A stretch of 6,859 nucleotides of DNA from an uncultured Bacteroidota bacterium (GCA_903825065.1 CAIJZG010000261.1:1-6859); one strand, 5' to 3'; counted from the stretch's first letter, positions 1 to 5,429 are shown. The notes: generated by a model not told the origin, from the letters alone. A program made the numbers and translations.

Positions 1-38
1 CTAACAGCGTTAGATGTATTTTTGAAACAATTAAATCG

Positions 39-83
39 CAATGCTTGACCAATAAATCCGCTAAGCACATGGATAAAGCATTG
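39..83. repeat. Inverted pair CAATGCTT (39-46) / AAGCATTG (76-83) bracketing both candidate start codons of the first gene
   Basis: Read directly: CAATGCTTG at 39-47 and AAGCATTG at 76-83, separated by 29 nt. The TTG start (45) and ATG start (69) lie inside the pair. The same arm sequence recurs at 3357-3380 and 6660-6685. Confidence 0.4.
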
Positions 84-1193
84 ATCGAGCCTAAATCCTA
101 CCAAAACCCCAAACTTAATTACAGAAATACTCCAGCAAAAAGAAGATTAACTTATAGCTATGAGCGTGGTGAATTAATACTTAGCCCAATTGACTATGAG
201 GACAATGATGGCAGGATTGTTGGGGGCATGGTAACAATAGCAAAACCTAAAACAAAAATATTTGAACACGCTTATTCAGATTTATACATGCCCTTAATAG
301 ATAGGCGTGTGATTGAGCAAAGGTTGATTGCTCCAAACGATATAAATTTATTTAAACCATCTAGTGATGCAACTTTCAATCGTTATTACAAGTTTGATGG
401 GGATCTAAGCCACTTGATAAGATTGGACAGCAAGTTAAACAATGGTGATTTCATATTTTTAAATTTTTATGGATTTGGTGAAGATGACCCCAGCAAATTA
501 CTGCCCCAAGTAATTTACGATCAAGAACATGAATTAAAAATAACAAAGATATTCTTGCCTGTAAACGAAGTTGTAAAAATAGCAGATTTACTTGCCAAAA
601 AATGGATTAACGATATTGGTGAAAATATTAATAGGACACAGCATAGGTTTTGGGAATTGATGTTCAGGAGAGATGGTATTCAGATAGCTTTTGATGAACA
701 TATAGGCGATTTTGAACGCGATGATTTGGTTTTATTTGATATGCCACTGAGCGTAGATCCTGATTTTAGTGGGCTTTTTTTTACACATGAGTTAGCTCCA
801 TTATTAATAACTTTAGCTGAGCTTGATATTAATAGTGAAATTGAAGTTCAATTAAATGATGCTGGTATGGTGTTTAAATATGCAACTGATGCGGCTGACT
901 ACACAGTTGCAATACCAAAATGGGATGGATTGAATGACAACAGACATGTGGAGTTTTTAAATCTATATACGCCTGAGCGATGCGGAGTGAGAGTTGATGA
1001 ATTTGAATTTGATGAATATGATTTAGGAGACGAATTTTACAAAGGACTTGAGTTGCTGGGATTAAAAGATAAATCAGAAGCTGAAGCAATCTATAAAAAG
1101 CAAATAATTAATGAGCAAAGTGAGCTAGCTGATGGATTCCCAGAGTTGAGTGGCAATATTAATTGGATTACGGACGATACATCGGATGAGTAG
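45..1193 (+). CDS. Hypothetical protein, 382 aa (374 aa if the ATG at 69 is used); upstream partner of the DpdA-like gene
   Basis: Long uninterrupted ORF. TTG at 45 or in-frame ATG at 69, with no convincing Shine-Dalgarno for either. The TAG stop at 1191-1193 lies 2 nt before the ATG of the next gene. No P-loop, ParB box or nuclease motif that I trust. Acidic/aromatic C-terminal third (DEFEFDEYDLGDEFY, terminal DDTSDE). Confidence 0.75.
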   Translation: MTNKSAKHMDKALIEPKSYQNPKLNYRNTPAKRRLTYSYERGELILSPIDYEDNDGRIVGGMVTIAKPKTKIFEHAYSDLYMPLIDRRVIEQRLIAPNDINLFKPSSDATFNRYYKFDGDLSHLIRLDSKLNNGDFIFLNFYGFGEDDPSKLLPQVIYDQEHELKITKIFLPVNEVVKIADLLAKKWINDIGENINRTQHRFWELMFRRDGIQIAFDEHIGDFERDDLVLFDMPLSVDPDFSGLFFTHELAPLLITLAELDINSEIEVQLNDAGMVFKYATDAADYTVAIPKWDGLNDNRHVEFLNLYTPERCGVRVDEFEFDEYDLGDEFYKGLELLGLKDKSEAEAIYKKQIINEQSELADGFPELSGNINWITDDTSDE

Positions 1194-1195
1194 CA

Positions 1196-2509
1196 ATGCC
1201 TCAGTCATTTAATACAAAAGAATACGCAGTTTATTTGCCTGCAATTAACTCAGGTTACGCCAACTTTTTAACTAAGAAAATTCCAGCTGACAGATCATTT
1301 CCCAATGGTTTAGACATAAAAGATTTTTGCGTATGGAACAAAAAGAGTAAGTTGTTTTATCACCCTTTCCTATTGCACTCAATTGGTAACTTTAGTGCAC
1401 TATCAACTATTAATAACTCTGTAACTCAAGCCGGCAGAAATGACTTCACATTTGTAGGCGACAGTGGTGGCTACCAGATTGGCAGTGGTGCTCTAGCAGG
1501 TTTTAAAGGATTGCACAAAGGTATGAGTGCACAAGATGCCATGACAGTTTGGGCTGGTGCGTATGATGTTAAAAAATGGATAGTAAGTTGGTTGGATGCT
1601 TATGCCGATTACGCAATGACATTGGATATGCCGTTATGGGCGACTGACCCCAAACAGGGTAAAGATTCCCCATTTAATAAATGCACTGTCTCAGAACTCC
1701 TAGCTATGACAGTGGACAACCTTAAATTTATTGATGTACACGGTAGAAAAAGAACAAAATGGTTGAATGTTGTACAAGGACTAGATGAACAGAGCACAAA
1801 AGATTGGTGGGATGGCGTAAAGTTCTTTAAATGCTCAGGTTATGCACTAGCTGGTGGCGCAGGCGCAAAAGGTGGATTAGCTCAAGTAATACGCACAACA
1901 CGCATGATGCATGACGAGGGACATTTAAGGTCCGGTCAAGATTGGCTTCATGCGCTGGGCGTGTCCACTCCCGTATGGGCAATTATGCTTACCAAAATTC
2001 AAAATTGCCTGCGTAAAGATAATCCAAATTTAACTATTAGCTATGACAGCTCAAGTCCATTTCAAACTGCTGGCAAGTTTGAACAGCCCAATTACACAGT
2101 GCCCTACACAAATAAAATAAGTAGCTGGAATATTAAAACTGCCAAATCCAATACCATCCAACGTTTTAGTTTTGTAGGTAGCACTGACCCCTTCCCATAC
2201 AACTCTCCTCTAGGCCAATTAATGAGTTTGGGGCATATAAACGTTAGGGAAGAGTTGTACAGCAAGAAGCAATTTGACACTATCAGCAACATGCTTCTGA
2301 CCAATCACAATATTTGGGTGTACTTGGATGCTTTTGAAAGAGCAAATGACGAGACGTTTAAAAACAAACAAATGAGCAACGTACCACAGAGGTACATTGA
2401 TGCTATTACAGTTATTGATGATGTGTTTAACAGTTCAAATTGGCACAGCATCCTAGTACAAAACCAAGCATTACTTGATTCCGTAGCCGCTTCACAATAC
2501 AAAACATAG
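1196..2509 (+). CDS. TGT-superfamily base-exchange enzyme (queuine/archaeosine tRNA-ribosyltransferase fold), divergent DpdA-like, 437 aa
   Basis: ATG at 1196 preceded by GGATGAG. TGT motifs occur in canonical order: FVGDSGGYQ (aa 86-94, nt 1460-1477 for DSGGYQ; E. coli Tgt has LTDSGGFQ), YAMTLDMP (aa 139-146; VMIFDEC), LNVVQG (aa 190-195; FGIIQG), GYALAGG (aa 215-221; GYAVGG), HALGVSTP (aa 252-259; YLMGVGKP), SYDSSSP (aa 282-288, Asp284 at nt 2045-2047; MFDCVMP), LLTNHNIWVY (aa 367-376; LNTIHNLRYY). There is no CxCxxC...H zinc motif and no Cys after residue 271. Confidence 0.85.
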   Translation: MPQSFNTKEYAVYLPAINSGYANFLTKKIPADRSFPNGLDIKDFCVWNKKSKLFYHPFLLHSIGNFSALSTINNSVTQAGRNDFTFVGDSGGYQIGSGALAGFKGLHKGMSAQDAMTVWAGAYDVKKWIVSWLDAYADYAMTLDMPLWATDPKQGKDSPFNKCTVSELLAMTVDNLKFIDVHGRKRTKWLNVVQGLDEQSTKDWWDGVKFFKCSGYALAGGAGAKGGLAQVIRTTRMMHDEGHLRSGQDWLHALGVSTPVWAIMLTKIQNCLRKDNPNLTISYDSSSPFQTAGKFEQPNYTVPYTNKISSWNIKTAKSNTIQRFSFVGSTDPFPYNSPLGQLMSLGHINVREELYSKKQFDTISNMLLTNHNIWVYLDAFERANDETFKNKQMSNVPQRYIDAITVIDDVFNSSNWHSILVQNQALLDSVAASQYKT

Positions 2510-2516
2510 GGCAAAT

Positions 2517-2534
2517 ATCTCACAATTGTGAGAT
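2517..2534. repeat. Perfect 18-bp palindrome ATCTCACAATTGTGAGAT between convergent stop codons; possible weak bidirectional terminator or protein-binding site
   Basis: Read directly. The left stop TAG ends at 2509 and the right stop (TTA on +) begins at 2535, so the palindrome nearly fills the 25-nt gap. As RNA it gives a 7-bp stem with a 4-nt loop. The flanks are only weakly T-rich (TTATAT on +, ATTTG on -). Confidence 0.45.
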
Positions 2535-3110
2535 TTATATAAGCTCTACAGCCGCCCTTTTCTGGTCATCATTTGCATCGATGTAAACCATGGTTGTTTG
2601 TATGGACCTATGCCCAGCTAAGCTAGCCAGCACCCTTATTCCAACCCCTTTTGATGCCAAAGTTGTGATGAATGATCTCCTTGGGCTGTGGGATGTAGCG
2701 CCATCTATACATGCACCCTTAAAAAGATAATAGTAATACTGACAAAGCGTGTTGGGCGTAAACCCATCACTGGACTTCTTCTGAGAGTAAATCAGTTTTT
2801 TGCTTAAATCCGCAGATTTAAATTGTTTGATGTAACTATGTAGCTCTTTAAAAAGCTGATTGTTTATAAAAATACTGCGACCTTCACCACCCTTTGTTTG
2901 GTCTGGGCGCAAGTAAATTTCGCGCTTAATATTACCCTGCTCATCAAGCATATCGCAAAAACGCAAGCTCGCTGCCTCACTAACGCGAATTCCTGTATTG
3001 AACATTAAAATCACAAGCAATCTATTTCTAGCCGCATGTCGTTTTGTGCTGATGTAATTCAGCGTTCTTTTTAATTCTTGTGGGGTCAGTGTTTTGGCTC
3101 GTTTTGTCAT
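2535..3110 (-). CDS. Small tyrosine recombinase, catalytic domain only (191 aa), FimB/FimE-like in size and layout
   Basis: The track ORF starts at TTG 3116. The ATG at 3110 has GAGG (3117-3120) 6 nt upstream, so 3110 is preferred. The catalytic set is present: Arg in NTGIRVSEA, Lys in TKGGEGRSIFI, HxxR in SHSPRRSF, and GHRSIQTTMVY with His and the Tyr nucleophile. The N-terminal LTPQELKRTL...HAARNRLLVILMFNTGIRVSE resembles the FimB pattern as I recall it. No N-terminal arm-binding or SAM-like domain. Confidence 0.85.
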   Translation of the reverse strand: MTKRAKTLTPQELKRTLNYISTKRHAARNRLLVILMFNTGIRVSEAASLRFCDMLDEQGNIKREIYLRPDQTKGGEGRSIFINNQLFKELHSYIKQFKSADLSKKLIYSQKKSSDGFTPNTLCQYYYYLFKGACIDGATSHSPRRSFITTLASKGVGIRVLASLAGHRSIQTTMVYIDANDDQKRAAVELI

Positions 3111-3116
3111 TTTCAA

Positions 3117-3356
3117 CCTCTAAATATAATGTTTTAGTAGCTTCAAGCCTATATCCTTTTATTTAAAAGTCGAGTGCCTTGTTGCTAAAAATATTTAGTT
3201 GAAAATAATCAATGATCACAACAACTTAGCACCTTCTGTAGGAAAATGTAATGATCTAGTTGTTTCTAAACATTTTCAATTCAAGTGTTTCTTTGTAGTT
3301 ACTTGTTTGATTTTTCTTGTCTTTATGGTCTGTCGTTTTAAGTCAAAGCCATATAA
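3117..3356 (-). promoter_or_regulatory. AT-rich noncoding leader and promoter region of the small recombinase; possible cis site (oriT, ori or recombination site)
   Basis: No ORF longer than about 10 codons on either strand. SD GAGG at 3117-3120. Imperfect direct repeat GAAAAT-n-AATGATC at 3201-3217 and 3242-3256. Several TGTTT(C/G) words at 3260-3330. I could not place a convincing -35/-10 pair. Confidence 0.35.
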
Positions 3357-3380
3357 CTAAGCATTGCTTCCAATGCTTAG
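3357..3380 (-). terminator. Hairpin CTAAGCATTG-CTTC-CAATGCTTAG, 23 nt downstream of the 179-aa gene; candidate terminator or recombinase-type core site
   Basis: Perfect 10-bp stem with a 4-nt loop, read directly. On the - strand it is followed by TTATATGGCTTT, a modest U-tract. The arms share AAGCATT/AATGCTT with the sites at 39-83 and 6660-6685. Confidence 0.45.
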
Positions 3381-3402
3381 CCAACAACTACCCAAAGCAA
3401 CT

Positions 3403-3942
3403 TCAGTCAGCTTTGAGTGCGAGATAAGGTATTTGTGTATTTTCAAAATCCCAACAGCCTGTGTTCCCAAACTGAGCCTCTTTAGTGCCGTAATTTAATA
3501 AGTGTGATTGAGTGTTAGCTAACGGTTCTGTAATGTAAATATCGTTTTTTTGCTTTGCTTTGTCTACCCAGCAGTAAGTCCATAGTGTTTTTATATCTTC
3601 TGTTGTAAGTGCTTTGGGTAAGTTGCCTAGGTAAATGTTGTAGTGAATTGACTTTTTTGGATTTGATACTTCTCTAGTGCCTTCTATTGTGGGTATTAGT
3701 AATGGCGAATACAACATTGGCTTACGTATTGCGCCATTTCCATATAGCTCTTTGTTAAAACAGTTTCTTGCATGCCTGAAATCTTTACGCAAATTAAATG
3801 TCATTCTTTCAATGTCGTTTGCCTGTTTGTGATACGCAAAGTAATGGCTTTGCGCAACTACATAGTGCGTTATGTGCTTTTCTTGTTGATTTAAAAATTC
3901 CCTAATTGTTTCCATATTTTTTTGCATGTATTTATTTATCAA
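3403..3942 (-). CDS. Hypothetical protein, 179 aa, with HUH-endonuclease (Rep/YagK-YfjJ-like) motif arrangement
   Basis: Clean ORF. The track start is TTG 3942. Alternative ATGs begin at 3927 and 3915, and none has a clear SD. Motif layout: IPTIEGT...SIHYNIYLG (aa 83-106, an HUH-like H-Y-N) and LLNYGTKEA (aa 148-156, a Y-x-x-K like Rep motif 3). This is a pattern match only. Confidence 0.7.
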   Translation of the reverse strand: MINKYMQKNMETIREFLNQQEKHITHYVVAQSHYFAYHKQANDIERMTFNLRKDFRHARNCFNKELYGNGAIRKPMLYSPLLIPTIEGTREVSNPKKSIHYNIYLGNLPKALTTEDIKTLWTYCWVDKAKQKNDIYITEPLANTQSHLLNYGTKEAQFGNTGCWDFENTQIPYLALKAD

Positions 3943-4081
3943 ATCTAATAAAAAGTATTAGCAAATGTGAATTCCTTACATAAGTGTTGTGGAAATGTGG
4001 CGAAATCATTGCCTTTTCTGGTCGACTCCTTAAATGACCGATGCCAGACTGAAGACTCGATAAACAACTTAGGAGTTTTAA
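3943..4081. promoter_or_regulatory. Divergent intergenic control region between the 179-aa and 147-aa genes
   Basis: 139 bp between divergently oriented starts. Strong SD AGGAG at 4071-4075, 6 nt before ATG 4082. AT-rich inverted repeat CTAATA-aaaag-TATTAG at 3945-3961. No confident -35/-10 assignment. Confidence 0.4.
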
Positions 4082-4525
4082 ATGTCAGTATTAACAACCC
4101 TCAAGCTAGTTACTAGCAAGCGTCCCGCAGTATTGAGTCCCATCGTGCAACGTAGAAACAAGTTGGCAGCCAAAGTACATGAGCAATTGGAACTATGCCA
4201 AGCTAAAAAAGCTGGTCAGCAATACGCACCTACAAAGATGCGCACCTTTGTAAACGCTACTACTGGCGAGCAAGTGACCAAGGAAGTTGCAAAACGAGTT
4301 CGTGAGTGGTTTTACGTTGCTGATAGCGGCAAGATTAACTTGACCATCCGCTACGGCTCAAAAACACTTGCACTTAACAAGAAAGGTGCAAACGCTATTG
4401 AGCTTTCTACAGGTGATGAGCTTATAGCTACATTGACCAGCTTGAAAACAGCAATTTTGGCTGGCGATTTTGACGAGGCAATTAACGATGCTAGTAATGC
4501 TACTCGTACAGCATTTGGAAAATAA
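4082..4525 (+). CDS. Conserved island-associated hypothetical protein, 147 aa
   Basis: Excellent SD and spacing. The sequence (MSVLTTLKLVTSKRP...VQRRNKL...YAPTK...INLTIRYGSK...) resembles a family of uncharacterised proteins that I recall seeing next to integrases in proteobacterial islands. I cannot name the family with certainty. Confidence 0.8.
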   Translation: MSVLTTLKLVTSKRPAVLSPIVQRRNKLAAKVHEQLELCQAKKAGQQYAPTKMRTFVNATTGEQVTKEVAKRVREWFYVADSGKINLTIRYGSKTLALNKKGANAIELSTGDELIATLTSLKTAILAGDFDEAINDASNATRTAFGK

Positions 4526-4531
4526 CAAGCT

Positions 4532-4561
4532 GGGGTTGGCGTAACTGCCGACCTCACTTTT
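4532..4561 (+). terminator. Candidate intrinsic terminator or attenuator after the 147-aa gene
   Basis: GGGGTTGGC (4532-4540) pairs with GCCGACCTC (4547-4555). This gives 9 bp including two G-U pairs, with the 6-nt loop GTAACT, followed by ACTTTT. Confidence 0.45.
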
Positions 4562-4572
4562 AAACTTAAAAT

Positions 4573-4719
4573 ATGAATACCTACCAAGCAAACGTACGAA
4601 TTAACAACACCGTTGTACAAACACGTGTCCAAGCCGCAAGTGAGTACCAAGCAAAGCTATTGCTGGCTTCACAATACGGCGCCAGCAACATCATCGGGTT
4701 TGTGCAGTTAGTTCATTAA
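4573..4719 (+). CDS. Small ORF, 48 aa (MNTYQANVRINNTVVQTRVQAASEYQAKLLLASQYGASNIIGFVQLVH), not in the supplied ORF track
   Basis: Hand-translated from ATG 4573 to TAA 4717-4719. It fills the gap between two same-strand genes. No SD is visible, and its start lies just after a terminator-like hairpin. Confidence 0.3.
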   Translation: MNTYQANVRINNTVVQTRVQAASEYQAKLLLASQYGASNIIGFVQLVH

Positions 4720-4759
4720 CAACCCTCCCCCTTATAAATACATTAAAGGGGTATACACC

Positions 4760-5059
4760 ATGTTAATGAGCGAAATCACAAGCAAAAAGGATATAGCTAT
4801 GCTGTTGGAAGTAACAATCTATCCAAGTATTCTGGAAACCAGACGTCGTACCACGTGGCGTAAATTGATTAAGGGTAGGCCAGTACCCCTGCTACCCAGC
4901 ACCCCAAAATTAAAAGTGCAACACAACACCCAGCAAAATTTAGTGCACCAGCAAGCTCAGGTCATCGACCAGTTACAGCAAGCCCTAGCACCTAAGTTGG
5001 CGCCCAACACCATACGCCCAGTAAGATCAACGCATACCCAAATGGCATCTGCAACCTGA
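4760..5059 (+). CDS. Hypothetical small protein, 99 aa; excisionase or regulator suspected only from its position next to the integrase
   Basis: SD AAGGGG at 4746-4751, 8 nt before the ATG. The N-terminal 45 aa are basic and plausibly helical. The C-terminal half is Q/P-rich and low in complexity. No AlpA or Xis motif recognised. Confidence 0.55.
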   Translation: MLMSEITSKKDIAMLLEVTIYPSILETRRRTTWRKLIKGRPVPLLPSTPKLKVQHNTQQNLVHQQAQVIDQLQQALAPKLAPNTIRPVRSTHTQMASAT

Positions 5060-5086
5060 AATTTTGAGTCGTCAAGAAAATTACGT

Positions 5087-5132
5087 AGGGGTACTTAAAC
5101 TTTTCAGGGTGTGTTTTACCCTCTGTACCCCT
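5087..5132 (+). terminator. Nested stem-loop downstream of the 99-aa gene (candidate terminator or structured RNA)
   Basis: The outer stem pairs AGGGGTAC (5087-5094) with GTACCCCT (5125-5132). The inner hairpin is AGGGT (5106-5110), loop GTGTTTT, ACCCT (5118-5122). It is followed by TGCTTTACTG, with no strong U-tract. Confidence 0.35.
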
Positions 5133-5412
5133 TGCTTTACTGTAATTGTAAAAAACAGCTCGAGCATACTCCGAGACGCCTGTATTCATAAAAATCAGTT
5201 TGATTAAAAAAACAATTCATTTTGAATAAACGGGCTATGTTTTTATACGATGCATTCGCTGTTTCAAAGTACTCCTGAAACGGACGAGATCAAGCAATAA
5301 GCTATTTCTTTTTCACAATTGATATCTGGGTAGCTGGCTTAGAAATTCCTAATTTTCAAAGCGTTGATTTGGTGGAAGGTGACATGGTAATTATTTTTCA
5401 GTCAGAACAACC

Positions 5413-5429
5413 CGTTACTTGAAGTAACG
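5413..5429 (-). terminator. Short palindrome CGTTACTTGAAGTAACG 8 nt downstream of the integrase stop; weak terminator candidate
   Basis: Stem CGTTAC/GTAACG with a 5-nt loop. On the - strand it is followed by GGTTGTTCTG, only moderately T-rich. Confidence 0.3.

Noticed and set aside
1-23. CTAAC-agc-GTTAG hairpin followed by a T-run, at the window edge, as terminator of an unseen upstream gene
   Set aside because: The visible stem is only 5 bp with a 3-nt loop, and the element may be truncated by the window boundary. That is too weak to call.
45-1193. ORF1 as a DpdB (ParB-like ATPase) equivalent
   Set aside because: It has no ParB-type arginine box or HTH pattern and no Walker A GxxxxGK[ST], so a DpdB analogy by homology is not supported. 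Any functional analogy remains hypothetical.
2216-2233. QLMSLG (aa 341-346 of ORF2) as a beta-clamp-binding QLxLxL-type motif that would link ORF2 to a clamp-like ORF1
   Set aside because: Position 4 is Ser, not Leu, and the last position is Gly, so it does not fit either consensus. The match is too short to mean anything without structural support.
1196-2509. ORF2 as the housekeeping tRNA-guanine transglycosylase gene tgt
   Set aside because: It lacks the zinc-binding CxCxxC...H motif, has long non-TGT extensions, has no queA/yajC/secDF-type neighbours that I can recognise, and is embedded among recombinase and Rep-like genes.
874-2523. Minus-strand ORFs of 62-72 aa from the track (874-1089, 1609-1797, 2104-2304, 2305-2523)
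   Set aside because: All lie antisense inside the two long + strand genes. They have Leu/Cys/Ile-rich junk-like translations and no start context, so they are typical shadow ORFs.
2524-2532. Resemblance of AATTGTGAG within the 18-bp palindrome to the lac operator half-site
   Set aside because: The 9-nt similarity has no LacI-family gene in the window, so it is most likely coincidence.
4351-4650. Minus-strand ORFs 4351-4650 and 4358-4591
   Set aside because: They are antisense to the well-supported 147-aa gene (strong SD) and overlap each other in two frames. These are shadow ORFs.
4746-5133. 8-bp inverted repeat AAGGGGTA / TACCCCTT flanking the 99-aa gene as a possible invertible segment
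   Set aside because: Hundreds of 8-mer inverted pairs are expected by chance in 6.9 kb. One copy is simply the SD and the other is part of a local hairpin, so nothing supports inversion.
4992-5189. Minus-strand 65-aa ORF spanning the end of the 99-aa gene and the nested hairpin
   Set aside because: It has no SD, overlaps the 3' end of a better-supported gene by 68 nt, runs through the 5087-5132 stem-loop, and its sequence shows no recognisable feature.
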